From Nitrospirota bacterium (GTDB lineage: Bacteria; Nitrospirota; UBA9217), in the NCBI GenBank assembly GCA_963796285.1, contig CAWCKW010000012.1:1696001-1760000 (forward strand): a stretch of 64,000 nt of DNA. The letters run 5' to 3'. The number at the start of each line of letters is the position of its first letter. Within the stretch, counting starts at the first letter, position 1. The notes under the pieces are model-generated. The model was not told the DNA's origin and did no database searches. It worked only from the letters and a program-made list of their open reading frames with translations. Both the position numbers and the translations under genes were made by a program. Below are positions 11,705 through 21,681 of the stretch, piece by piece.

Positions 11705-12742
11705 ATGTACGAGGTGATCGTGAAGTCAATAACAATACCTTTGTTTCTTTTTCTGTTATTCTTTCTGTTCCCGTTTATCGTCTTTGCATGGGATATCAAC
11801 GGCCATGATGATGACTATGCGGAGATCAATTCCGCGATAGGTCTCCAGGGATGGTTCTCCCAGGCAGACGCGAAGTGGCAGATATCTTTTCCCTACACCA
11901 CCAGCACCGGTGTCGGGGGGAAGATCGAATCAAGACTGGATTACAAAAAGATCGATAGTCCTCTGGTCATCGCAATGGCAGCTGGGAAGGTAGCTCCGCT
12001 ATTAGCATTCGATGTGGTGTATGGATATGGGTCGATCACAGGAGGCCGGGGAACGGATACAGACCGTTTTCTTCCGTCGTCGGGTGGAGGCCTTGAATTC
12101 TCGCAATCAACAAACAGACTCGACGGCGACACGCGACTCTGGGGCTTAAACTTATACTATAATAGCAGGCAGTTTGGTGATAAGCAGGCCGGCCCGTGGG
12201 GCCTTGTCCTCGGTTTTCTCCATTACGGAGACAACCTTCGGATGACGAGCGCCGTTCAAACAGTTTCTGTGCCCTTTGACGGATCCACCTTCCCGCCGGT
12301 CGGTCCCTTTCCTTCGACACAGGTGCTCAACTCTACCTATGACTTTTCCTGGGACCTGTTGAAGGTGGGCGTCGTGCACCAGGCTGATCTGGCAAAAGGC
12401 TTTTCCTATTCCGGCTCGCTCTCGGTCTATCCCTATGTGGACTATCACGGCGAGGGCTTCTGGAACCTGCGTGCCGGAACGAGTTCATTGGATTTCCGGC
12501 TTCAGTCACCGAACTTTACTCAGAAATCAAACGCGGGGTACGGTTACGAAGCATCGCTGGGGTTGGCATATGAGCTATCGGAAAATTGGGAACTGTCGGC
12601 GGGGTACCGGTATATGTACCTCTACGCGGGCAACGGGACCGATACGGTCTATTTCGCCGATGGATCCGCGGTGCAGTCAGCTCTCGACTGGGTAACGGTC
12701 ACCCGGCATGGGGCGTATGCGCAGTTGTTGGTAAAATTCTGA
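11705..12742 (+). CDS. Outer-membrane beta-barrel protein, omptin-like; start codon uncertain
   Basis: Signal-like hydrophobic N-terminus, alternating aromatic beta strands, SRLDY and YHGEGFWNLR segments, C-terminal Phe. Confidence 0.6.
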   Translation: MYEVIVKSITIPLFLFLLFFLFPFIVFAWDINGHDDDYAEINSAIGLQGWFSQADAKWQISFPYTTSTGVGGKIESRLDYKKIDSPLVIAMAAGKVAPLLAFDVVYGYGSITGGRGTDTDRFLPSSGGGLEFSQSTNRLDGDTRLWGLNLYYNSRQFGDKQAGPWGLVLGFLHYGDNLRMTSAVQTVSVPFDGSTFPPVGPFPSTQVLNSTYDFSWDLLKVGVVHQADLAKGFSYSGSLSVYPYVDYHGEGFWNLRAGTSSLDFRLQSPNFTQKSNAGYGYEASLGLAYELSENWELSAGYRYMYLYAGNGTDTVYFADGSAVQSALDWVTVTRHGAYAQLLVKF

Positions 12743-12754
12743 TGGAGCGTAAAG

Positions 12755-13585
12755 CTATAATCTTGGCAATGGATCGGACAACGTACCGCCGAGACTGAAC
12801 TGATAGAATCCATCAGCGTCCTTGTTCTTGAAGAGAGAAAAGATCCCCGCCTGTTCCGTCGCCAGCCGCTCCGACGGCTTGAGCTTCACCGTCAGGTTGA
12901 GCGTGCCGCGATCGCGCAGGACCAGGTCCCCCAGACAGCGGACCTTCAGTTCCTTACCCTCGAGCTCCATCTTTTTGATCGTCAGGCGGTCACCTTTTAG
13001 CTCCGCCTCAAGCCAGCACTGTTCAAAGTCAAGGTCCGGGATGGGAAATCCCTTGATCTTCAGCTCCCGGGAGGTCAGCCCTTTGAGCCAAAGCCTCCCC
13101 TTGCCCATGTCGCCGGTCATCTCGAAATTCCCGCCGAGTTTACCGGACAGCTTGAGCCCAAAATCCTTCAGCATTGCATAGGATCCGATATCCAGACCGT
13201 CCGCGTCAACCAGAAGGGTTTGCCTGCCCGGCCCCTGTTGCGTCTTAACGAGGAGCACCCCGCCATAGGCCTGGCCCTTCATGTCCAGCGAGAGCCGCCC
13301 GCGAAGAGCGCTGAAGAGCGAGACCGTTGTCCCGATGGAGGGGCTTTCGAACAGGACCTTGCCGCCCTTGACCGAAACAACCACGTCGGAAAGCACAAAG
13401 CGGTTGAAGAACCGAGGCGAGATGCGGGCAACAGAGAGCTCGACCGGCGTGCGCAGGCGGACCTCGGACTCCAGCCTCGTCCTGACCCGGTCAAAGGGGA
13501 AGAGCAGGAGGAGAAACACCAGAAATACCGCGATAAAATATGCGGTAAATGATAGCCATCGGATGATTATTTTTTTGTCTGGCAT
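12755..13585 (-). CDS. gspN: Type II secretion protein GspN
   Basis: N-terminal TM (FLVFLLLLFPFD), C-terminal LGGTLSDP; last gene of the gsp operon. Confidence 0.8.
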   Translation of the reverse strand: MPDKKIIIRWLSFTAYFIAVFLVFLLLLFPFDRVRTRLESEVRLRTPVELSVARISPRFFNRFVLSDVVVSVKGGKVLFESPSIGTTVSLFSALRGRLSLDMKGQAYGGVLLVKTQQGPGRQTLLVDADGLDIGSYAMLKDFGLKLSGKLGGNFEMTGDMGKGRLWLKGLTSRELKIKGFPIPDLDFEQCWLEAELKGDRLTIKKMELEGKELKVRCLGDLVLRDRGTLNLTVKLKPSERLATEQAGIFSLFKNKDADGFYQFSLGGTLSDPLPRL

Positions 13586-13755
13586 GGTCAATGATTCATT
13601 CTCTCGACAAAAGCAACCGTATCGTGCCATAGAGCACACAGAGGAGCCGGAGGAAAGCATTGCATCAAGATACGGGACAATGATACCTAATCAGCGTAAA
13701 TCTGTGTCAAAGGACCGGGTATTCTCTATGACCTCGGCGGCTGAACGCTGTTGTC

Positions 13756-14256
13756 CTACTCGGCGCTTGAGACAAGGATAGTCGAGTTCAGCAGTTTGGG
13801 ATTATCATACCGGGGTTTGAAATTCATTTTTTTGATCCGAAGCCCGTCTTTCTCGAGCAGATAGACGTAATTTACGATGTCGTAGAGCGTAATGTTGTCG
13901 AGCCTGATCTCGACGATGCTCTCCTTGAATGCCTCGGTCTGGACGCCGGGCTGCGGTTTGAGCGACACCATCTTACTGTTCAGGTTCGCCCGCTTGGTGA
14001 GGTTCTCGATCTCGGTCAGCAATGGACCGCGCTTCGCGGCAGTGTCCTGCGCCTGCTGCAGACGCTGCTTCATCTCGAGATACTGGTCCTTAAGCTCACG
14101 TATCTCCACAAGGTCCCGCTCCTTTTTCGGGATCAGGTCCCGTTTGCGGGTCAGTTCGGATGTCAGCGGAGACACCACAAAGGCGTAGAGCACGATGATG
14201 AGCGCTGCTATCGCGCCGACGATGAGCGTCTTTTTGTCTTTTGGTTCAAGTTTCAC
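13756..14256 (-). CDS. gspM: Type II secretion protein GspM
   Basis: Single N-terminal TM, coiled coil, position after gspL. Confidence 0.8.
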   Translation of the reverse strand: MKLEPKDKKTLIVGAIAALIIVLYAFVVSPLTSELTRKRDLIPKKERDLVEIRELKDQYLEMKQRLQQAQDTAAKRGPLLTEIENLTKRANLNSKMVSLKPQPGVQTEAFKESIVEIRLDNITLYDIVNYVYLLEKDGLRIKKMNFKPRYDNPKLLNSTILVSSAE

Positions 14257-14272
14257 GGAATACCTCTGCGAA

Positions 14273-15601
14273 TCACAACGTCTGTTTCAATTTTATCTCG
14301 AACCGGAACTTCACCTTATTGTCCACTGCCATGCGAGTATCCAGCACTGCCACATCACTGAAAAGCGCGGCCTTCTGGAGTTCGGCCTTCATCTTGTCAA
14401 TGGACTCGAACGATGCAGCTTCACCCTGAAGTTTCAAACGGTCCCCTTCCAGATTGAAATCCTGAAAGCTCACCCGGACTTCCTTGGGGATCCCCTCGGT
14501 GACCGTCTTCATCACGTCGAGCGCCGAGTTTCCCGTGCCAAGGACGCCGAACTTTTTCTTCGCCTCGTCCAGCTTGGTGCGAAGCTGCCGCACCGGATCG
14601 GCAACGACCTTGGCATCGGGAAATACCTGACGGTATACTTCTCTGATCTCCCGGTCAAGTTTTCCGTAGCTTGACTGAACGAGGTAAAGCTTCACCCCAA
14701 TGTTGGTCGCCGCAAACAGGGCCGCAGCCACTCCGGCAATGATGAGCGTTCGTCTCCGCTTTCGATTGCCTGTATCGGCCCGACGATAGGAGAACTCGTT
14801 CTTCCGGAAGTTTATTCCGTCGGACAATGCCAGGCCCAGACTCATGGGGTCTGCGACCTTCTTTCCCCCGAACTCAGGTGTGACCTGTTCCACCGCGATC
14901 CCGAGGTCCGCAAGCGCCGCGCTCAGGTCGTTGTCTATTGACAACAAATGCGCCCTCTCCACCCGCTCATGGCTCCCTGTTTCAAGCGCCTTCAGCATAT
15001 GATTGATCCCGGCTGTCGCACCGCTATTGGAAAAACTTCTGCAGGCTGTTACCGTATTCCCTGACTTGATGCAGAGATCGCTGCCGTCTATCAGCGCGGC
15101 ACTTCCTTCAACAGGGATCATTTTCGACGCAAAATAGAGGCCGATATAAGAAGGTACGATAACCTGCGGGTCAATGCCAGCCGAAGCGAGAAGGTCGAGG
15201 TGCTGTCGCAGGACAGTCTTGGGCAGCAGGATGCCGAGCACCGAGGTCTCTTTCTTCTCGCCGCCCTTTTCGGCCTTGTCCAGGACGAGGTGGTCGATCT
15301 CCATATCGTCAAGAGAAAAGGGCACGCTGTCTTCGATCTCGAAGGGCAAGGCCTTTTCAATGCGCTTGTGGTCGGAAAAGGGCAAGTGGACCATGCGCTG
15401 GCTGAAATAGTGTCCGGGGATCGATGAGACAATCCGGGCGCCCGCCCAGTCCGCGGCCTGCTCTTTCAGGATATCGACAAGCTCTGCATCGGTGGCAAAG
15501 GCGCGGTTGAAGGAATCCGCGAGCTCTATTGTTCGCATTCCCTTTTCCACGACCGAAACCGCCACCCGGCCCTTCTCTATGCTCAGTCCTACGATCTTCA
15601 C
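14273..15601 (-). CDS. gspL: Type II secretion protein GspL
   Basis: Actin-like cytoplasmic domain (LPFEIEDSVPF), INFRKNEF, TM, PilN-like C-terminus. Confidence 0.85.
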   Translation of the reverse strand: MKIVGLSIEKGRVAVSVVEKGMRTIELADSFNRAFATDAELVDILKEQAADWAGARIVSSIPGHYFSQRMVHLPFSDHKRIEKALPFEIEDSVPFSLDDMEIDHLVLDKAEKGGEKKETSVLGILLPKTVLRQHLDLLASAGIDPQVIVPSYIGLYFASKMIPVEGSAALIDGSDLCIKSGNTVTACRSFSNSGATAGINHMLKALETGSHERVERAHLLSIDNDLSAALADLGIAVEQVTPEFGGKKVADPMSLGLALSDGINFRKNEFSYRRADTGNRKRRRTLIIAGVAAALFAATNIGVKLYLVQSSYGKLDREIREVYRQVFPDAKVVADPVRQLRTKLDEAKKKFGVLGTGNSALDVMKTVTEGIPKEVRVSFQDFNLEGDRLKLQGEAASFESIDKMKAELQKAALFSDVAVLDTRMAVDNKVKFRFEIKLKQTL

Positions 15602-16476
15602 AACGCTCTCCAGTATAGTATCTTATACGTGGCTCCTGCGGTGCCTGCAGTGCCCGACCTTGCTATTATAGCTTCAACCTGTTTCGTATATCCTCCGACC
15701 GATGCAAAAGAGCTTACCGTGAATACTGTGCCGGTATAGGTCAGAAGACCTACGATTATCGGTTTGTCCGATCCCACGATCGCGGCTATCTCAGCGTCCG
15801 TCTTGAATGGCTGCTGGACCCTCCGTTCCACGATGTCGGCGGTCGTCCTCGCATCCAACCCGATACTAAGGAGTACATCCGGCGAAGCCGTGTTGATGTT
15901 GATCCGGGAACCAGGAACCACACTCACCGTCACGTCATCCTGCAACTTTCGGAAGTCCTCGTCGCTGAGAAACGTATGGAGTTCCGTGAGCAGGGAGAAG
16001 GTTCTTAGCTCCGCTTGCATCCACCTGGCCATGTCATCAAGTGTATTTTGACTGATCACGCGGGATGTGAAAAGTCTGCTCAACCGGTCGAAAGCAGGGG
16101 TTCCTATTAGTACCTGATGGATATCAAGCTTTCCGCTCTCATCCTCCCACCGTAACTTGAGTTCCGTGTCTCCGGCGCTCACGATTGGAACGACCCCCCA
16201 CTCACCTGGAAGGGGGAGCATATCCTTGAGTTGTTCATTATCTTTGAACTTTCCGAAAATATCTATTCCCGACCGCGCCAGAAAAAAGGCCCGTTGACTA
16301 TCGCGGAAGTTGACCGCCGCGCGCAGACTGATTCTCGTGCCGTAAGCAAACTCGAAAATAAGCGCAATGAGAAGCGCGGTGACCAGGAGTACGATGATCA
16401 GGGCAACACCGCGCTCGTTTTTTCTCCGTCCTCCAGGTACGACGTTACTCCGCGCTCTGAACTCAGCAGTGGTCAC
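15598..16476 (-). CDS. gspK: Type II secretion minor pseudopilin GspK
   Basis: RGVALIIVL prepilin site, DESGKLD, ININTAS. Confidence 0.9.
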   Translation of the reverse strand: MTTAEFRARSNVVPGGRRKNERGVALIIVLLVTALLIALIFEFAYGTRISLRAAVNFRDSQRAFFLARSGIDIFGKFKDNEQLKDMLPLPGEWGVVPIVSAGDTELKLRWEDESGKLDIHQVLIGTPAFDRLSRLFTSRVISQNTLDDMARWMQAELRTFSLLTELHTFLSDEDFRKLQDDVTVSVVPGSRININTASPDVLLSIGLDARTTADIVERRVQQPFKTDAEIAAIVGSDKPIIVGLLTYTGTVFTVSSFASVGGYTKQVEAIIARSGTAGTAGATYKILYWRAL

Positions 16477-17198
16477 CGTCCAATGTCCACCTTCGTGAGG
16501 TAGGTTGAACCGTTATTGAACAGAAGCGAAATCTGCACCGCCATCGGCAGCGTGGTCCTGTTGTTCCATTCGTCCGACCACACGAAACCATTGAAGTACC
16601 GGAATTGAAGGCTCTTTATGCTGTCGGTCAAGTCGTATTCGACGCCACCTTCGAGTGCGGGAACGTCTTTACTCAATTCACGCTTTTCCCTGCGCATCAT
16701 GACATATCCCGGACCGTCCGTTTTCTGCTTGAAATAGTATCCTACTTCCCAAAGGTCCGTCTCTTTCGTCCCCGGTCTTCGCCAGTTCGTCTGAGTCGTC
16801 AGATAGAGCTCGTCGTATCGTGGTTTATCGTCACCCGTCTCCGGCTGGACCTTCTTGCCGTAAAAAACGGTCAGGGGAGCATTGGAAGTATTCATCCCCG
16901 GATTCACATATGCATTCGCGATGTCGTTGGTGAGCTTCGCGACCAGGGTGCGGGCCAGGTCCGACGCGTCCCGGATTTTCTCGGCCTGCTCCACGTTCTG
17001 GCTGGTCGTAAAAAAACTCGCGTAAATCACGGTGACGATCCCCGCCATGATCGCCACGGCAATAAGCACTTCGAGGAGCGTAAAACCCTTGGACCCGTGA
17101 GACGTGCGAGGTGAGGAGTGAGGAGTTTGAATCCTGAAGCGTGGAACGATCTCCATCCCTGCACTCCGACCCCTGACCCCTGGCCCGCCGTTATTCAT
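16473..17198 (-). CDS. gspJ: Type II secretion minor pseudopilin GspJ
   Basis: GFTLLEVLIA N-methylation motif, LQFRYF..W..LP.AVQI. Confidence 0.85.
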   Translation of the reverse strand: MNNGGPGVRGRSAGMEIVPRFRIQTPHSSPRTSHGSKGFTLLEVLIAVAIMAGIVTVIYASFFTTSQNVEQAEKIRDASDLARTLVAKLTNDIANAYVNPGMNTSNAPLTVFYGKKVQPETGDDKPRYDELYLTTQTNWRRPGTKETDLWEVGYYFKQKTDGPGYVMMRREKRELSKDVPALEGGVEYDLTDSIKSLQFRYFNGFVWSDEWNNRTTLPMAVQISLLFNNGSTYLTKVDIGR

Positions 17199-17622
17199 AG
17201 CTCACCAGTTCAACCGATTCCTGCCGCGTGCCCTCTTTCCAAAGAACGGCAATCCGGATTTCCATGATCTTGACGACGAGGGGTGTGAGAGCGATGGTCT
17301 TTTTCCAGGTATAGTCCTTAAATTCCTCCTCGGGAAATGTGCCCTCCCCTTCGAAAATCGTGGGTTTTGATTCAGTTGTCGTCTCAACCATGAGACGTTT
17401 TGCCAGCATCGTTGCCGTAGTCATATGCTCCGCAAGCATCACATCCTGCATGGTCCTGTTTTTGAGGCCAAGGAGGGTCACCAGCACCATGGCCATGATC
17501 GATACCGCGACCATCACCTCGAGGAGGGTGAATCCTGCCGAACGCGAAAGGTGGAATGCGGAATTGGGACGTTCTGTTTTCCATTCCGGATTCCGAATTC
17601 CGAATTCCGCATGACGCATCAT
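17191..17622 (-). CDS. gspI: Type II secretion minor pseudopilin GspI
   Basis: GFTLLEVMVA motif, size and position. Confidence 0.85.
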   Translation of the reverse strand: MMRHAEFGIRNPEWKTERPNSAFHLSRSAGFTLLEVMVAVSIMAMVLVTLLGLKNRTMQDVMLAEHMTTATMLAKRLMVETTTESKPTIFEGEGTFPEEEFKDYTWKKTIALTPLVVKIMEIRIAVLWKEGTRQESVELVSYE

Positions 17623-18155
17623 CGTTCCTCCACGTATCCCTCGCGGAGTTCGGTTGCGCCCGTGAGCGGCTTCACGAGAAGCGTGAAATCCTTATCCGCT
17701 CCGTCCCGCAGGTGGATACTGGCATTCTCCACCCAACCGTCGGGGGTGAACTGGATATAGGGATCATCGGGATGGCTGCTCACCTTGACCTCGCGAAATG
17801 TCGTCTGTCCGGAGAGGCTCCCCTCGCTTCCAATATCGGAGCTGTACCTCTTGAATTCCCCTGTCTTTTCACCCGTCTGGACCATCACCTCTGCCCAGTA
17901 ACGCCCTTCGTGGACATCGAACCGGAGACGGTATACGGCCTTCCGCGCCTCGGACTCGTCTTTCAGGAAGCGTATCATACCCGTCAGATGCCTGGCGCTG
18001 CGCTTCAGATTCGCCTCGCCGAGCTCGCCGAGGCGGGGGATAATCAGCGAAAGCATGACGCCCAGGATAACGATCACCACCGTGAGTTCGATGAGCGTAA
18101 AGCCCTGAGCTGTCTTTGTTCCTTGCCTCGTGCCCGCTGCCCCTTGACCCTTCAT
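17619..18155 (-). CDS. gspH: Type II secretion minor pseudopilin GspH
   Basis: GFTLIEL motif, IQFTPDG, position after gspG. Confidence 0.85.
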   Translation of the reverse strand: MKGQGAAGTRQGTKTAQGFTLIELTVVIVILGVMLSLIIPRLGELGEANLKRSARHLTGMIRFLKDESEARKAVYRLRFDVHEGRYWAEVMVQTGEKTGEFKRYSSDIGSEGSLSGQTTFREVKVSSHPDDPYIQFTPDGWVENASIHLRDGADKDFTLLVKPLTGATELREGYVEER

Positions 18156-18158
18156 AAC

Positions 18159-18617
18159 TTACTGCATCTTCCAGCTTTCAATGTCCGCGTTATTCCCCTC
18201 GCCGCCGGGCTCTCCGTCAGCGCCATAGGAAGTGATCTCGTACTCCCTGCCCTCCTTGCCCTCGGTGCCCTCGTTGCTCAAGGATTTGTAGTCATAATCC
18301 TTGCCCCAGGGGTCCTTCGGGATGCGGGCGGGCTTGAGATAGCCGCCTTCTCTCCACTTGGTGGGAATGCGGCCGACCTCGGGCTTCTTAATCAAGGAGT
18401 CGAGTCCCTGTTCCGTGTCCGGATAAAATCCATTATCGAGTTTGTATGCATCGAGTGCGCCCTCCAACGCACGGATCTGCGTCTTGGCCACCTCGACCTT
18501 TGCTTTCTCTTCCTGCCCCAGGAATTTCGGAAGCACCAGGCCCGCGAGCAGGCCGAGAATGATGATCACGACCATGATTTCGATAAGGGTGAACCCTTGC
18601 TGATTCTTTTTACTCAT
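18159..18617 (-). CDS. gspG: Type II secretion major pseudopilin GspG
   Basis: GFTLIEIMVV, YKLDNGFYP, KDPWG, SYGADG..GGEG..ADI. Confidence 0.95.
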   Translation of the reverse strand: MSKKNQQGFTLIEIMVVIIILGLLAGLVLPKFLGQEEKAKVEVAKTQIRALEGALDAYKLDNGFYPDTEQGLDSLIKKPEVGRIPTKWREGGYLKPARIPKDPWGKDYDYKSLSNEGTEGKEGREYEITSYGADGEPGGEGNNADIESWKMQ

Positions 18618-18689
18618 GTTAGTTCTCCTTTTCCTTCATTCTCATATGCTGCGATGTGTTCCTTGACCTTGGCCCCGGGACCCCGTCAC

Positions 18690-19910
18690 TTATCTCACTC
18701 CCGAGCTCATTTCGAGCATCGGCAGCATGATGGCGATCACCACGAACCCGATGACCAGGCCCATGGCCAGGATGATCACCGGCTCCAAAAGCGCCAGAAG
18801 ACCGGTCAAACGCGTCTCGACGGTCCGGTCGAAAGAGTCCGAAATCTTGAGCAGCATCTTTTCGAGCTCGCCGCTCTTTTCCCCAACGGCCACCATCTGA
18901 ACAACCACCGGCGGGAACAGGCCGCTCCGGCGGAGCGGGTCGGCGATAGACTCGCCTTCGCGCACGTTTTCCCGCGCCTTCTGAACGGCGTTCGCGAGCA
19001 CCGAGTTGCCGATCACGTTTTTGACGATATCGAGCGCCGCGAGCGTGGGGACGCCGCTCTGGAGAAGCGTCCCGAGCGTGCGCGTGAACCGGGAAACGGC
19101 GATCATGCGGATGAGCGTTCCAAAGACCGGCAGCCGGAGCAGCCGCGCATCGATATTCTCCTTCCCCGCCTGCGTCAACGCGTATCGCCTGAAGTAGTAC
19201 GCGCCCCCGGCAAAGGCAAGCAGGAGCGCCCACCAGAAGGTCGAAAGGAACCGCACCACGCCGAGGAGCACGAGCGTGATGACGGGAAGCTGCTGCTTCA
19301 TATCCTGGAACATGCCGATGATTCGGGGCATCACAAAGCTGAAGATGAAGATGAGCATGCTTACGCCGATGACCGTCATGAATGCGGGGTACGCTAGGGC
19401 GGCGGACATCCTGCCGCGGAACCTGACCTGATCGTCAAGAAAATCTGCAAGCCGGTCAAGGGTGATCTCGAGGGTCCCGCTCGCTTCGCCCGCGGAGACC
19501 ATGTTGATGTAGAGCGGGGAGAAGACCTTCGGGTTTTCCTTCAGCGCATCGGCCAGCGATGCACCCTCGCGCACGCCGTCGCGCACCGACGAGAGCGCCC
19601 CTCTCAGTCCGGCATTCTCCTCCTGCTCCACGAGAACGGACAGCGCATCCATGAGCGGAAGACCGGACGATAGAAGCGTGGCAAGCTGGCGCGTAGCATT
19701 CGCCACATCGCCGAGCCGCACCCTGGCACCAAACGTGAAGGACAGGGTCTCCCGGCGAGCTGCCCGTGTAGAAGCTCCCTCGTGGATCTCGAGGACGATG
19801 ATCCCCTCTTTTTTCAGCTTCGACTTGACAGCCTTGAGACCTTCGCCGTCCTGAACGCCGGAAACGTTGCTGCCGCTGCTGGTAACACCTTTATATTCAT
19901 AGACAGGCAT
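18690..19910 (-). CDS. gspF: Type II secretion inner-membrane protein GspF
   Basis: TRQLATLL, GEASGTL, LAYP, GEKSGEL, LLEP. Confidence 0.95.
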   Translation of the reverse strand: MPVYEYKGVTSSGSNVSGVQDGEGLKAVKSKLKKEGIIVLEIHEGASTRAARRETLSFTFGARVRLGDVANATRQLATLLSSGLPLMDALSVLVEQEENAGLRGALSSVRDGVREGASLADALKENPKVFSPLYINMVSAGEASGTLEITLDRLADFLDDQVRFRGRMSAALAYPAFMTVIGVSMLIFIFSFVMPRIIGMFQDMKQQLPVITLVLLGVVRFLSTFWWALLLAFAGGAYYFRRYALTQAGKENIDARLLRLPVFGTLIRMIAVSRFTRTLGTLLQSGVPTLAALDIVKNVIGNSVLANAVQKARENVREGESIADPLRRSGLFPPVVVQMVAVGEKSGELEKMLLKISDSFDRTVETRLTGLLALLEPVIILAMGLVIGFVVIAIMLPMLEMSSGVR

Positions 19911-19992
19911 GGTATGAAATCAGAAGACAGGAGTCAGACATCAGAAGTCAGGAGTGAATCGCATCTCCTGGCTGCCGGCTCCCGGATCCTGA

Positions 19993-21681
19993 CTACTGCG
20001 TCTCCTTCTGCGTCACCCTTACCACCTCATCCACGGAGGTGATCCCGGCGAGTACCTTGTCCGCACCATCCTGCCGGAGCGTACGCATGCCTTTTCCCAC
20101 GGCCAGCGCTTTCAGCATGGCCGCGTCTGCGTTCTTCATGATATGCTGCCGGACCTCGTCGTCCACGCTCAGGAGCTCATAGATCGCGCTCCTGCCGAGG
20201 TAGCCGGTCTGGAAGCATGCCGTGCACCCTTTTGCGCGGTATACGGTCGCCCCGGCGGCAACGGTCTTGATCTCGAGCTCCGCTATCTCTGCGGGCGTGA
20301 TCGGGTAGGGCTCCCGGCACGCCGTGCAAAGGACCCGAACAAGCCGCTGGGCAAGGATCGCCATGACCGATGATGAAATGAGGAACGGTTCGACCTTCAT
20401 GTCGATCAGCCGGGTCACCGCGCCGGCCGAGTCATTCGTGTGGAGCGTGGAGAACACGAGGTGGCCGGTGAGTGCCGCCTGGATCGCGATCTCCGCGGTC
20501 TCCGAGTCCCGGATCTCTCCCACGAGGATCACATCCGGGTCCTGCCGGAGCACGGAGCGGAGTCCGGCGGCAAAGGTCAAATGGATCTTCGCATTCACCT
20601 GGATCTGGCCGATGCCCTTGAGCTGGTACTCGATGGGGTCCTCGATCGTGATGATGTTCTTGTCAGGCGCGTTGATCTTCGAGAGCGCGGCATAGAGGGT
20701 CGTGGTCTTGCCGCTGCCTGTGGGGCCGGTCACCAGAATGATACCGTGGGGCCGGGTGATGTGTTCGTTGAACCGCGTGAGGGTATCGCCGGAGAACCCG
20801 ATCTGCTCGAGCGGCAAAAGCGCGCTTTCGCGGTACAGGAGGCGCAGCACGATGCGCTCGCCGAAGGCCGTGGGCACGATCGAAACGCGGATGTCCACGT
20901 CCTTGCCGCCGATCTTGATCCGCATGCCGCCGTCCTGCGGCAGCCGCCGCTCGGCGATGTTCAGGTCCGCCATGATCTTGACGCGCGACGCGATGCTGGC
21001 CTGGAAACGCTTCTGGATCGTCAGGATATTGTAGAGGATGCCGTCGATGCGGAACCGGGCCACCATCTCCTTCTCAAAGGGCTCGATGTGGATATCGCTC
21101 GCGCGTTCGCGGATGGCCTGGGACAATAGCGAGTTCACCAGGCGGATGATCGGCGCGTCATCGGTGGCCTCGAGCAGGTCCGTGGGTTCATCGAGCTCCG
21201 CGGCAAGGAACGAAAGGTCCTCTTCCTCCATCTCCTGCACCGTCTCCTCGGCGCGGTTCATGTCCTCACTGTGCAGGCGGTTGACGGTATCGAGGATCGT
21301 TTCGGAGGGGGAAAGACAGAGGGAGATTTCCGTGTTGAACAGGACCCGGAGGTCATCGATCGTGGAAAGCTCGAGCGGTTCGGAGGTGGCAATGAGCACG
21401 CTGCCGTTCTCGCGCCGGAGCGGGATCGCCACCGCTTTTTTCGCATAGGTGATCGGCAGCTTGAGCGCAAGCTCCCGGTCGATCTCACCAAGGTCCGCCT
21501 GGAACGGCAGGCCGAGCTGCGCGCCGAGCGCCGTGAGCACCTCGGCCTCGGTCACAAAGTTGAGCCGGACGAGCAGCGTACCTATCCGGCCTCCCCTCTT
21601 CTTCTGGAGGTCAAGCGTCTTTTTGAGCCGCTCGGCTGAAAGCCCTGACTCAACGAGTATCTCGCCGAGCAGGCGTCTCAC
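19993..21681 (-). CDS. gspE: Type II secretion ATPase GspE
   Basis: ASDIHIEP, GPTGSGKTTT, LRQDPDVILVGEIRD, two CxxC zinc ligands. Confidence 0.97.
   Translation of the reverse strand: MRRLLGEILVESGLSAERLKKTLDLQKKRGGRIGTLLVRLNFVTEAEVLTALGAQLGLPFQADLGEIDRELALKLPITYAKKAVAIPLRRENGSVLIATSEPLELSTIDDLRVLFNTEISLCLSPSETILDTVNRLHSEDMNRAEETVQEMEEEDLSFLAAELDEPTDLLEATDDAPIIRLVNSLLSQAIRERASDIHIEPFEKEMVARFRIDGILYNILTIQKRFQASIASRVKIMADLNIAERRLPQDGGMRIKIGGKDVDIRVSIVPTAFGERIVLRLLYRESALLPLEQIGFSGDTLTRFNEHITRPHGIILVTGPTGSGKTTTLYAALSKINAPDKNIITIEDPIEYQLKGIGQIQVNAKIHLTFAAGLRSVLRQDPDVILVGEIRDSETAEIAIQAALTGHLVFSTLHTNDSAGAVTRLIDMKVEPFLISSSVMAILAQRLVRVLCTACREPYPITPAEIAELEIKTVAAGATVYRAKGCTACFQTGYLGRSAIYELLSVDDEVRQHIMKNADAAMLKALAVGKGMRTLRQDGADKVLAGITSVDEVVRVTQKETQ

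Noticed and set aside
17556-19397. 613-aa plus-strand ORF and many other long antisense ORFs
   Set aside because: Shadow ORFs opposite well-supported GC-rich genes (gspF-H here); no motifs of their own
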